A DNA stretch of 64,000 bases from Spirochaetota bacterium. GTDB lineage: Bacteria > Spirochaetota > UBA6919 > CBDBPB01. Position 1 is the first letter of the stretch. Each line of letters begins with the position of its first letter. Positions 31,334-41,207 of this stretch are shown here, one piece after another. The DNA lies in contig CBDBPB010000007.1 in the NCBI GenBank assembly GCA_965208615.1, forward strand, positions 320,001 through 384,000, written 5' to 3'. Below the pieces are notes generated by a model. It saw nothing but the letters and a program-made list of their open reading frames with translations. It was not told where the DNA came from and did no database searches. Position numbers and translations under genes: made by a program.

Positions 31334-32347
31334 TTATGAGTTAGATAGTTCAATTAGCTTATCTAGAGTTTTTTTAGCTTTACCAGAGTCAATAACTTTT
31401 TCAGCTTTTGCTATTCCATCCTTTATTGACTCTGAGAATTGGGATATATAAAAGGTAGCGGCTGTATTTAGAACTACAATATCTCTTTTTGGATTCTTTT
31501 TACCGTTTAGAATATCTTTAATTATTTCTGCATTATGTTTTGGACTATTTCCTTTAATATCATTTATATTGCAATAGTTTATTCCATAGTCAGCTGGATC
31601 TAATGTATATGTTTTTATTTTACCGTCAATTAGTTCGGCAACGTTAGTGGTAGTGGTAGTGGTAATTTCATCAAGGCCATCTTTTCCGTGTACTACCATT
31701 GCTCTTTTAGAGTTCATTTTATTAAGGGCGCTAGCAATTGGAACTAAAAGAGAACTGTCATAGACTCCGATTAGATGATGTTTAGCGCCAGCGGGATTAG
31801 TAAGAGGACCAAGGGAGTTAAATATAGTTCTAATAGCTATTTCTTTTCTAGGGGCCATAGCATACTTCATAGCCTTATGGAGGATAGGAGCAAAAAGAAA
31901 TCCTATATTACAGTTAGTAATGCACTTAGTAATAGTGCTAATATTATTTTCTACATTAACTCCGAGTTCTTTTAGTACATCAGCACTACCGCATAAACTA
32001 GATACGCTTTTATTACCATGTTTAGCTATTTTAACCCCGCCTCCGGCTGCTACTATTGCACTCACAGTTGATATATTAAAAGTATTAGCTCCATCACCCC
32101 CTGTTCCGCAGGTATCAACTATGGTAATTCCATCATCTATTGGGATTTTACTAGACTTATCCCTCATAACCTTTGCAGCACCAACTATTTCATTTATTGA
32201 TTCTCCTTTCATTCTCAGAGCTGTAATAAAGCTTGCAACTTGTGCATTAGTAGTTTTACCTTCCATAATTAGGGTTATTACGTCTATCATTTCTTTTTCT
32301 GTTAATGAAGAACCCTCAACAACCTTTTTAATTGCTTCTTTTATCAT
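31334..32347 (-). CDS. trpD: anthranilate phosphoribosyltransferase
   Basis: DTCGTGGDG, FNIST, AKHGNKSVSS, GSADVL, LGPLTNP, GLDE. Confidence 0.97.
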   Translation of the reverse strand: MIKEAIKKVVEGSSLTEKEMIDVITLIMEGKTTNAQVASFITALRMKGESINEIVGAAKVMRDKSSKIPIDDGITIVDTCGTGGDGANTFNISTVSAIVAAGGGVKIAKHGNKSVSSLCGSADVLKELGVNVENNISTITKCITNCNIGFLFAPILHKAMKYAMAPRKEIAIRTIFNSLGPLTNPAGAKHHLIGVYDSSLLVPIASALNKMNSKRAMVVHGKDGLDEITTTTTTNVAELIDGKIKTYTLDPADYGINYCNINDIKGNSPKHNAEIIKDILNGKKNPKRDIVVLNTAATFYISQFSESIKDGIAKAEKVIDSGKAKKTLDKLIELSNS

Positions 32348-32530
32348 GATTGGCTAGTCCGTTTTTAATTTGTTTTTTTAATATTGGATAAGGAAATACT
32401 ATTATTTTATACCAGAATAAAAGCTAATTAATTTTATTAAATAGAACAATAAATTACAACTAAAAAAAATCTTTACTTTGATTAAAATAGTTTTTATCTA
32501 TATTTTAATGTAGTTATAAAGGACACAACA

Positions 32531-33328
32531 ATGAATGAACCTATTGGTATATTTGACTCCGGTGTAGGGGGATTAAGTATATTAAGGGCTATTATTGATG
32601 AGCTTCCGAATGAGAATATTGTTTATTTTGCAGATAGTGATAGATGTCCTTATGGACTAAGGTCAGAAGGGGATATAAAAGGGATTACTAAATCTATTAC
32701 CAACTATTTATTGAAAAATTATAACGTTAAACTTGTGGTATTAGCTTGTAATACTGCTACTGTAGCCAGTATTGACTATTTAAGAGAAGAGTTTTCTCAG
32801 TTATCATTTGTGGGAGTAGTTCCTGTAATTAAGCCGGCAAGTTTATTGTCAAAAAAAAAGGTCATAGGCTGTCTTGCTACCGATACTACCGTTAATAGCA
32901 AGGCTCAGGCAGAACTTATATATAATTTTGCTGAAAACGTAAAAGTGTATAACGTTGCCTGTCATGGTCTTGTTGAGCTTATAGAAAACGGACTTTTAAA
33001 TTCTAACCTAACAAAAAATAAGCTAATGGAATATATTTATCCCTTAGTCAAAAAGGATATTGATGTTTTAGCTTTGGGTTGTACTCATTACCCTTTGCTA
33101 AAAGAACAGATAAAGTCTATACTCCACAAAGGGATTACAATATTGGACTCTAGCAAACCAGTTGCTAAACAGGTTAAGAGAGTGCTAACTCAAAAAAAGC
33201 TTTTAAACTTGTTTAAGAGTCCTAAATATAATTTTTTAGTAAATGGTAATACAGATAATTTTACTAAGGTAGCTAGGGTAGTATTAAATGGACATTTTTT
33301 AAATGTCAGTCGGGTTACAATAGTTTAA
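32531..33328 (+). CDS. murI: glutamate racemase
   Basis: IGIFDSGVGGLS, PYG, ACNTA, LGCTHYP. Confidence 0.97.
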   Translation: MNEPIGIFDSGVGGLSILRAIIDELPNENIVYFADSDRCPYGLRSEGDIKGITKSITNYLLKNYNVKLVVLACNTATVASIDYLREEFSQLSFVGVVPVIKPASLLSKKKVIGCLATDTTVNSKAQAELIYNFAENVKVYNVACHGLVELIENGLLNSNLTKNKLMEYIYPLVKKDIDVLALGCTHYPLLKEQIKSILHKGITILDSSKPVAKQVKRVLTQKKLLNLFKSPKYNFLVNGNTDNFTKVARVVLNGHFLNVSRVTIV

Positions 33329-33347
33329 CTTCTTAATAGAGAGTTAT

Positions 33348-33971
33348 ATGTTGTTAGAGAGCTTGTTTAGTGGGTTTTATTTTATTACAGATAATAGGCT
33401 AAGTTTTAACGGAAATGTCAAGGATGTTGAACAGGCATTAGAAGCCGGTGTTAGGCTAGTACAGTTTAGAGAGAAGATTAGGCATATTAATGATTTTTAT
33501 ACTGAATTGATTAAGATTAAATATTTGTGTAAAAATTATAAAGCTTTGCTAATAATAAATGATAATATAGAGCTTGCAAAGTATATAGATGCTGATGGTG
33601 TTCATCTTGGTCAGGGTGATAGTCCAATTGCTTATGCGAGAAAGTTATTAGGACATAAAAAAGTTATTGGTTTATCTAGTGCTAACCTTGATCAGGCCTT
33701 ATTAGCTGAGAGAAATGGTGCGGACTATATTGCTGTTGGACATATTTTTAATACTTATACTAAAGTTAAGACTGCTAATCCTGTTGGGATAGACGTTTTG
33801 AAAAATATTAAAAGTAATATATCTATACCTGTGGTGGCTATTGGAGGTATAAACTTAAATAATATTAATTTAGTAGTAGATAGCGGAGTGGATATGATAT
33901 GTGCTATATCCAGCTCTCTTAGTAGTGGTACTGTTAAAGACAATATAAAAAGTTGTTTATCTTTTTTCTAA
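33348..33971 (+). CDS. thiE: thiamine-phosphate synthase
   Basis: YFITD, VQFREK, LIIND, ADGVHLGQGD, ADYI, PVVAIGGI. Confidence 0.95.
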   Translation: MLLESLFSGFYFITDNRLSFNGNVKDVEQALEAGVRLVQFREKIRHINDFYTELIKIKYLCKNYKALLIINDNIELAKYIDADGVHLGQGDSPIAYARKLLGHKKVIGLSSANLDQALLAERNGADYIAVGHIFNTYTKVKTANPVGIDVLKNIKSNISIPVVAIGGINLNNINLVVDSGVDMICAISSSLSSGTVKDNIKSCLSFF

Positions 33972-33976
33972 TAACT

Positions 33977-34309
33977 TTATATATTGGATAGTGCTTGGTA
34001 TATTTTATTTAGGTCTGCTTTAGTGTTATTGACAACAATACCGATATTTTCTATTACACAAAGGGATAGTTCATTACCCATCATGGCAAATCCTGTTAGA
34101 TCGTTTTCAAAGCCTTTTATTGAGGTAAGCTCTGTAAATAATCGACTTTCTAGTTTAGCCATTTTCATATTGGAGGCAAACATATCAGACAGCGTACTGG
34201 CAATTTCTTTAGATATATTACCTTCATAGGATATCATTTCACCACTATTTTCGAATTCGATAGCCGCTATAGTACCATCTAGGTTCATAATTTTTTTTAG
34301 GTTTGACAT
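33977..34309 (-). CDS. DUF2173-like (roadblock-type) small protein
   Basis: LKKIMNLDGTIAAIEF...G, ASN, GF...GFAMMG...SLC pattern recalled for DUF2173. Confidence 0.65.
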   Translation of the reverse strand: MSNLKKIMNLDGTIAAIEFENSGEMISYEGNISKEIASTLSDMFASNMKMAKLESRLFTELTSIKGFENDLTGFAMMGNELSLCVIENIGIVVNNTKADLNKIYQALSNI

Positions 34310-34330
34310 ATATAAGCTCCTTTTAGTTAT

Positions 34331-34687
34331 TTACTTTTCTATAGGGAATCCTAACTTATTCCAGTCTATCATACCCCCTATCATATTCTTAGTACTAAAT
34401 CCGCTTTGGTTAAGTATTCTGCATGCCTCAGCACTTCTTTGTCCTGATCTGCATACAATTATGAGTTTTTTATCTTTGTATTTTTCTATACTTTCTTTAT
34501 GATGCCATAGGTTTTGCAGGGGTAATAAAATAGAGTTTTTTATATGCCCTAACTTACTAATGTATTCTTGATGTGTTCTAACATCGATTATGATGATATT
34601 TTTATCTTTTTTGTCAATGAGTTTTTTAACTTGATTCGCAGTGATTTCATCGACTGAATCTCGTTTTAAGAATTGTTTAAAAAGCAT
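34331..34687 (-). CDS. rhodanese-like domain protein
   Basis: IIDVRT...E...GHI, active-site CRSGQRS, GGMIDW. Confidence 0.92.
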   Translation of the reverse strand: MLFKQFLKRDSVDEITANQVKKLIDKKDKNIIIIDVRTHQEYISKLGHIKNSILLPLQNLWHHKESIEKYKDKKLIIVCRSGQRSAEACRILNQSGFSTKNMIGGMIDWNKLGFPIEK

Positions 34688-34884
34688 ATATATTTCTCCT
34701 TAGTTTTAAAGATTAGCTTTTTGCAAAATGCTTTATTACATTTTATAATATGTGAGCAAAAATAATTTAAGTAATTAAAATGTCAATATTATTTATAAGT
34801 GTATTCTTTTTTTGTGATTGGATAACTAATGTATTATAAATTAATAATAGTGAAAATTAATAGTTTAGAAAAGTCTATTTTTTA

Positions 34885-36171
34885 GTGTTTATTTTTATTA
34901 TGGCTGAAGTTATGAATAAAATCTTAATTATAGAAGATGATCCATTTTATACCCGTTTATATCATAAAATACTAAACGCAAATAAATATGAACTTTTGGA
35001 TGCCAAAAATGGCGAAGATGGTATATATATTGCACTTAATGAAAGGCCTCATTTAATTCTTATGGATTGGTTTATGCCTAGAGTAGATGGCTTAACTGCC
35101 GCTAGTTATATTAAGTCTGAGTTAAAGGATTGTTTTATTTTTATGATGATGGTTACTGGGCAGAGTGGGAATGCTTCTAAGATTTTATCCCTTGAGTTTT
35201 TTGATGATTATCTTGAAAAGCCTTTTGACCCCGGAATATTTCTTGCTAAGGTAGAGAGGGGTATGCGTATTGTTACATATTTTAAGAGAATTGAAATGCT
35301 TTATAAGCATATAAAAGAGCTTAGTGATGAAAAACAGAGTCTTATTAATGAAATAGAAAAGGGAAAGACTGATCTTGAAAAAAGGGTTATTGAGAGAACT
35401 AATGAACTAGATCAAAAAAACCAATTACTTATAAATCAAAATGAGAAAATAATACAGGACATTAAAATTGCTGGAAAGTTACAGCATATTCTTGTACCTC
35501 AAATACCGCCTGCATTAGATAACTATGAAATATTTTGTCGTTATATGCCCATGGAGACCATAGGTGGTGACTTTTATGATTTTATTAGTATGAGAGAGAA
35601 TAAAATAGCTATTATTTTAGGGGATGTATCTGGTCATGGAATAGCTGCGGCATTTATTACTTCTATGGTTAAGAGTATAATAGCTAATAACAGAAAGTAC
35701 TTAGCTGATCCTAAGATATTTTTATATAATCTTAATAATAGTCTTGTTAATAAGATGTTTAGTAATTTTATAACGATTTTTTATATGGTTCTTAGTCTTG
35801 ATGGTCGTTTATTATGGTTTGCATCTGCTGGTCATCCGCCTCCGTTGGTTTATCGCGGAGATAGTGGTATTATAGAGGAGCTTAAAGCAGAGGGAACTAT
35901 CATTGGAGCTATTGAGAATATGGAATATGGAGAGAGAGAGTTTCCAATTAGGTCGGGGGATAAAATATTATTGTATACCGATGGTTTATTAGAGGTATTT
36001 GACGAAAATAAGAAAATGTTTGATTTTGATCAGTTAAAGGTTAACTTTAAAAATCTGATAGAGTTAAATGGAAAGGACATTATTAATAATCTTGTTAATC
36101 TTGCTAAAGACTATTCTTTTAACAAAGCCTTTGATGATGATACAACATTAATTTTAATTAATGTAAAATAA
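34885..36171 (+). CDS. response regulator receiver fused to PP2C/SpoIIE phosphatase (RsbU/RsbP-like)
   Basis: ILIIEDD, LMDWFMP, KPF; GGDFYD, GDVSGHG, AGHPP, LYTDGL, DDDTT; true start may be ATG 34900 or 34912. Confidence 0.92.
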   Translation: MFIFIMAEVMNKILIIEDDPFYTRLYHKILNANKYELLDAKNGEDGIYIALNERPHLILMDWFMPRVDGLTAASYIKSELKDCFIFMMMVTGQSGNASKILSLEFFDDYLEKPFDPGIFLAKVERGMRIVTYFKRIEMLYKHIKELSDEKQSLINEIEKGKTDLEKRVIERTNELDQKNQLLINQNEKIIQDIKIAGKLQHILVPQIPPALDNYEIFCRYMPMETIGGDFYDFISMRENKIAIILGDVSGHGIAAAFITSMVKSIIANNRKYLADPKIFLYNLNNSLVNKMFSNFITIFYMVLSLDGRLLWFASAGHPPPLVYRGDSGIIEELKAEGTIIGAIENMEYGEREFPIRSGDKILLYTDGLLEVFDENKKMFDFDQLKVNFKNLIELNGKDIINNLVNLAKDYSFNKAFDDDTTLILINVK

Positions 36172-36265
36172 GCGTTCTTATAATTCTTTTAAAGATGTTA
36201 TATTTATAACTATACAAAGCCCTTAACTTTTAAAGAGGTTATTTTGATATAAATAATCAGCCGGC

Positions 36266-36592
36266 TTAAAAGTAATATTTTAATACAGAACTTTTATAGA
36301 TGTGTACTTCAGTTTTGTTTTGGCTAAGGACTATTTGAAATTTAGTTATTTCTTTAAGATTTCCTTTTTCTTCGCTTCCGTCAACTAGTTTTAAGGTCAT
36401 TATTTTGTCTTTGTATTTTTCTAAAATACTTTCTTCGTGTTCGGCAATATTTAGAATGCGTCCTAATTGTTTTTTAATATTTTTAATTTCTCTTTTTATT
36501 TCTTCAAGCTCTTTGTAATTAATACTACTACTTCGTACACTTCCTAGTCCTTTTGGTTTAATGTGAATTTTTCCCCTTCCTTCTCCATCCAT
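36266..36592 (-). CDS. Hfq-like/Sm-fold protein with N-terminal coiled-coil extension
   Basis: C-terminal TLKLVDGSEEKGNLKEITKFQIVL...HIYKSSV aligns by eye with Hfq Sm1/Sm2. Confidence 0.55.
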   Translation of the reverse strand: MDGEGRGKIHIKPKGLGSVRSSSINYKELEEIKREIKNIKKQLGRILNIAEHEESILEKYKDKIMTLKLVDGSEEKGNLKEITKFQIVLSQNKTEVHIYKSSVLKYYF

Positions 36593-36959
36593 CAGTTATA
36601 CCCCTGAATAAAAGTTATCATTGACCGTAATTATAAATATTTAGGTTACTTATCTTATTAACTTTTCTAGTTTGCATAAGCATTAAATACACTAATGTTA
36701 TATATCGTATAATTTTAAGTTTCATTTAACTATTTATAATAAAATGATTTTAATTCCCCAACCGTTTATCTATAACTACTTATAGTTAAAGATATTTATC
36801 TATGAAAGCACATTATTTTTGATATTTAAATAAGTCATTGAAAACTATTAAAATTTAGTTATATTTAACTATCTGTTAAGTTAATGTCTTAATGGGTAGT
36901 TAGTTAATATAATTTTTATAATAAAAGAATATAATAGTCGGATAACTTATTGGTGTAAA

Positions 36960-38399
36960 ATGATTATGGATATTACAGAGCTTAATATTGATGAGTTAAA
37001 AAACAAGTTACTCAATAAAGAGTTTAGCGTTACGGAGTTGGTCAATAAATATTTAGCTAAGATTAAGGCCGATAATACTTCTAATAAGCCTCTTAATGCT
37101 ATTACCCACGTTATGGAGAATGAGGCTTTAAATATGGCTAAAGAGGCGGATAGCCTTATTGATAAGGGTAAGGACTTACAATTATTAGGTATACCTATTA
37201 TAATTAAGGATAACATAAACATTAAGGGACAGCAAACCACTTGTGCATCTGCTATTTTAAAGGGTTATAAGGCTAGTTTTGATGCTGGAGTTATTAAAAG
37301 GCTTAAAAAGGCTGGAGCTATTTTTTTAGCTAAGAGTAATATGGATGAGTTTGCTATGGGATCCTCATCTGAACACAGCATTTATGGGGCTGTTAGGAAT
37401 TATAAAGATAGGGATTGTATTGCTGGAGGGAGTAGTGGTGGATCAGCTAGTGCTATATCTGCTAAATTTGCTCCTATTGCTCTTGGATCAGATACTGGGG
37501 GTTCTATACGTCAGCCAGCATCTTTGTGTGGTGTTGTGGGGTTAAAGCCTACTTATGGCAGGGTATCTAGGTTTGGTTTGGTATCTTATTCGTCATCTTT
37601 GGATCAGATTGGTGTTTTTTCTAATTGTGTTAGGGATTCTGCATTACTTTTAGCTGTTATAAGCGGACATGATAATAATGACTCTACTTCTGTTGATGTA
37701 GATGTGCCTAATTATTTAGATGCTATAGATAAAGATATTACTGATATGCGTATTGGCATACCTAAAGAGTATTTTTCTCAAGATTTAAATCCTAATATAA
37801 AGGATTGTGTTTATAGGGCGGTAGATAGGCTATCCGACTTAGGCTGTAAGATAGTTAATATTTCCCTGCCTCATACTGAATATGGTATACCAGCTTATTA
37901 TTTAATAGCTACATCAGAAGCGAGTTCTAACTTGAGTCGTTTTGATGGTATTCGTTATGGTCGGCGTAGTGAGGGTAGTGATTTATTGGATACCTTTTTT
38001 AAGAGTCGTAGTGAGGGTTTTGCTAGTGAGGTAAAACGCAGGATTATTTTAGGAACTTATGCCTTATCCAGTGGATATTATGACGCATACTATTTAAAGG
38101 CTCAAAAGGTACGCACTCTAATAAAAAGGGATTTTGTTAATGCTTTTAATGATGTGGATGTTATTATTAGTCCTACATCGCCTACTACTGCGATTAAGAT
38201 TGGGGAAAAGGTTAATAATCCTTTGGATATGTATTTAATGGATATATTCACGGTAAACGTTAATTTAGCTGGTTTACCTGGTATATCAATCCCATTTGGC
38301 GAGGATGATAGCGGTTTACCTATTGGAGTACAGTTAATTGGTAATTACTTTAAGGAAAAGACTATTTTGAATACTGCATATCATCTTGAGAATAGATAA
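36960..38399 (+). CDS. gatA: Asp/Glu-tRNA amidotransferase subunit A
   Basis: IKDNI, NMDEFAMGSS, GGSSGGSA, LGSDTGGSIRQPA, SRFDGIRYG, EVKRRIILGTYALSSGYYDAYY. Confidence 0.97.
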   Translation: MIMDITELNIDELKNKLLNKEFSVTELVNKYLAKIKADNTSNKPLNAITHVMENEALNMAKEADSLIDKGKDLQLLGIPIIIKDNINIKGQQTTCASAILKGYKASFDAGVIKRLKKAGAIFLAKSNMDEFAMGSSSEHSIYGAVRNYKDRDCIAGGSSGGSASAISAKFAPIALGSDTGGSIRQPASLCGVVGLKPTYGRVSRFGLVSYSSSLDQIGVFSNCVRDSALLLAVISGHDNNDSTSVDVDVPNYLDAIDKDITDMRIGIPKEYFSQDLNPNIKDCVYRAVDRLSDLGCKIVNISLPHTEYGIPAYYLIATSEASSNLSRFDGIRYGRRSEGSDLLDTFFKSRSEGFASEVKRRIILGTYALSSGYYDAYYLKAQKVRTLIKRDFVNAFNDVDVIISPTSPTTAIKIGEKVNNPLDMYLMDIFTVNVNLAGLPGISIPFGEDDSGLPIGVQLIGNYFKEKTILNTAYHLENR

Positions 38400-38418
38400 G
38401 AGTTTAATGGAGGTTTTT

Positions 38419-39360
38419 ATGAGGTATATAATTATTCTACTTTTGACTGTTAGTATAGGTTGTGGTAAGAAGTTACCCAAGTCTGTTAAGGATAAACAGG
38501 CTATTAAAAAAGATATAGCTAAACCTGTTACTCTTAAAAAGGGTGAGTCTTTGGCTTTAGCTGTTAAGAATCCTGATTTATTCCCTGAGTATAATGTTAA
38601 GGTTTATGAATATCTTAATCAGGATAGTCTTTTTAAGAAGATAAACGGTGCCGCTGATGGATATATAAGTAATCACGGCTTTGTTGGTTGTGGATATGTT
38701 GAGTTAAAGCATAAATTAGAGGATATAACCCTTATATTATGGGTATATGACATGGATAGGGCTATTAATGCTTTTGGGATATACTCTAGTGAGTTAAATC
38801 AAAAGGCTAACTTTATTAACGTGGGTACAGAAGGATATTTAACTGATCAGGGTATTGTTTTTTGGAAGAATAAATACTATATAAAGATTGACTTGCAGTC
38901 TGACAAAGATAAAGCTATTATAATCTCATTGGCTAAGGCTATTAATAAAATTATACATAGTGACTCTGATGTTCTTAAAAAGTTTGATATATTCCCAAAA
39001 GAAAATAGAGTTGATCATGGAGAGCGTTTTTATTATGGTAATTTTGGTGGTCAGTCATATTTTAGGGATGTGTATGAGGTTAAATATAAGTCTGGTAAAG
39101 TTGGTTCACCAGATAAGATATTTCTAACTTTTGTTAAGGATATAAAGGCGAAGGAGATTTTAAGAAAGTATAAGGATTATCTTAGCAGTGAGTTAACTGG
39201 TATAAAGTCTATTGGTAAAGGTTTTTATGCAATAGACAAGTTAGAGGATAAGCCGATTTTATTGTCTATTGGCAGTAACCATTTAATTGGGATATTAGGT
39301 TTTTCTAATTTGGATAATCAAAAGAAGGTTTTAAGGCGGATAATTAAAAATATTAATTAA
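38419..39360 (+). CDS. hypothetical lipoprotein (DUF6599-like)
   Basis: GGAGG RBS before ATG 38419; lipobox SIGC; LFKKINGAADGY, VYDM...NAFGIYS, FWKNKYYIKI. Confidence 0.65.
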   Translation: MRYIIILLLTVSIGCGKKLPKSVKDKQAIKKDIAKPVTLKKGESLALAVKNPDLFPEYNVKVYEYLNQDSLFKKINGAADGYISNHGFVGCGYVELKHKLEDITLILWVYDMDRAINAFGIYSSELNQKANFINVGTEGYLTDQGIVFWKNKYYIKIDLQSDKDKAIIISLAKAINKIIHSDSDVLKKFDIFPKENRVDHGERFYYGNFGGQSYFRDVYEVKYKSGKVGSPDKIFLTFVKDIKAKEILRKYKDYLSSELTGIKSIGKGFYAIDKLEDKPILLSIGSNHLIGILGFSNLDNQKKVLRRIIKNIN

Positions 39361-40367
39361 CAGATTCTTGGTAGTTGGTTACCAGTTGGCATATCCACTA
39401 TACGATTAACACCCAATGATGTTTTCATTGTAACAATACCAGGGTGTTTGCTAACCACCTCTCCTATAATGGCTGAGTTTATACCTAATTCATTTTCTTT
39501 CATAGTCTGTAAAACAGTTTCGGCATATTTATCTGGTACAACGGCTATTAATTTACCTTCGTTTGCAACGTATAGAGGATCAATGCCTAATATTTCACAT
39601 GCACCTTTTACATTAGGTTTTATGGCTAGTTTATCATAATATATATTTATTCCTAAATTGGCTTGTATAGCAAACTCATTAAGGCTAGTAGCCACACCTC
39701 CTCTTGTGGGATCCCTTAGAGCATGTATTTGGCTGTTAGATTTTAGCATATCTTTTACCAAAAGGTTAAGGGGAGCTGTATCGCTTAGTATATTGCTTTC
39801 AAATGATAAATTATTCCTTGTAGTCATTATTGACATTCCGTGATCAGCTATGGTGCCTGATATAATAATCTTATCCCCAACACTAATTTGACGAGGATTA
39901 ATATTAATATTATCCTCTATAACGCCAATACCACTGGTATTTATAAAGATTTTATCACATGATCCTTTGTTAACTACTTTGGTATCACCAGTTACTATTT
40001 GTATATTGGCACGCTTAGCGGCACTTGACATGGATAATACGATTTTTTTTAAATCATTAATATTTAATCCTTCTTCAAGGATAAATGATACGCTAAGATA
40101 GCTAGGCATAGCTCCACACATAGATAGATCATTTACTGTACCATATACAGCTAACTCACCAATATCTCCCCCTGGAAAAAATATTGGATCAACAACAAAA
40201 GAATCTGTTGTAAAGGCAACCCTATTTTGTGGGGTATAAACAATAGCTTGATCATCCATACGGTTTAGTATGTTATTGTCAAAAGCAGGCTGGAATATAG
40301 TATTTATGAGATTGGCAGATAGTTTACCTCCTGCACCATGGGATAAAAGAATAGTATTATTTGGCAT
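39357..40367 (-). CDS. hypE: hydrogenase maturation protein HypE
   Basis: LSHGAGG, TTDSFVVDPIFFPGGDIG, GTVNDL, VTGDTKVV, RDPTRGG, ANEG, C-terminal LPRIC. Confidence 0.97.
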   Translation of the reverse strand: MPNNTILLSHGAGGKLSANLINTIFQPAFDNNILNRMDDQAIVYTPQNRVAFTTDSFVVDPIFFPGGDIGELAVYGTVNDLSMCGAMPSYLSVSFILEEGLNINDLKKIVLSMSSAAKRANIQIVTGDTKVVNKGSCDKIFINTSGIGVIEDNININPRQISVGDKIIISGTIADHGMSIMTTRNNLSFESNILSDTAPLNLLVKDMLKSNSQIHALRDPTRGGVATSLNEFAIQANLGINIYYDKLAIKPNVKGACEILGIDPLYVANEGKLIAVVPDKYAETVLQTMKENELGINSAIIGEVVSKHPGIVTMKTSLGVNRIVDMPTGNQLPRIC

Positions 40368-40386
40368 TAATAAGTCCTTTGATTTA

Positions 40387-41187
40387 TTATTTAAAGTTTT
40401 TTAGTATTTTTTGGATGTGTAAAAGTTTATTATTGGCGTCATAATAGTTAGGCATATCATCTTTTAGATGCTTTATACATTTTTGATATAGCGATAAGGC
40501 TTCTTTAAGCTTATTATTTTTTAGGTAGATATCAGCTATTTGTTTTTCGCATAGTGCTATCATATTTTTGTTATTTATTGTCTTAAACTCTTTTAGGCTT
40601 TTATTAAATGATTTAAGTGCATTATCGTTGTTGTCACTGCAGAAATAAATTATTCCTAAGTTATAATTTATTTCTGCCATTTTTTGTATTTCGTTTAGTT
40701 CGTCGAATATCTTATGAGCAAGGTTATAGTGGTTTTTACTATCATTTAGTTTTCTTTCTTCATAAGTCAGAGAGCCTAGGTTAGTATATACAATTGCCTT
40801 CCAATATTGATTTTTATTATCATTTAGTGAAGCCAGACTTTTATTATAATAATTAAGTGCATCAGTTAGCTTAGTCATTTTTTGATATACCACAGCAACA
40901 TCATTATAAGACTCTGATATGTATAGTTCATTTTTTAGTTCTAGTCTTATGGATAGTGCCTTTTTACGAAATTTTAATGCGGATTCATAGTCTTTTTTAA
41001 ATAGATAAACACCTCCTATTGCATTACAGGTTTTACTATAAACAATAAAGTTATTTTGATTTTGTGCTTCTGTTAATATTTTTTGATAATACTTTATGGA
41101 TTTATTATATTCACCTGTTTCAAAGTATGTACGAGCAACTTTTTCAATTGTTACTATATAATTTTTATCTATATTATTTTTATTCAC
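40387..41187 (-). CDS. tetratricopeptide repeat protein
   Basis: repeated YxNLGxxY...A..YY.KAL helices. Confidence 0.88.
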   Translation of the reverse strand: MNKNNIDKNYIVTIEKVARTYFETGEYNKSIKYYQKILTEAQNQNNFIVYSKTCNAIGGVYLFKKDYESALKFRKKALSIRLELKNELYISESYNDVAVVYQKMTKLTDALNYYNKSLASLNDNKNQYWKAIVYTNLGSLTYEERKLNDSKNHYNLAHKIFDELNEIQKMAEINYNLGIIYFCSDNNDNALKSFNKSLKEFKTINNKNMIALCEKQIADIYLKNNKLKEALSLYQKCIKHLKDDMPNYYDANNKLLHIQKILKNFK

Positions 41188-41207
41188 AAAGTCTCCGGTT
41201 AAGGTAT

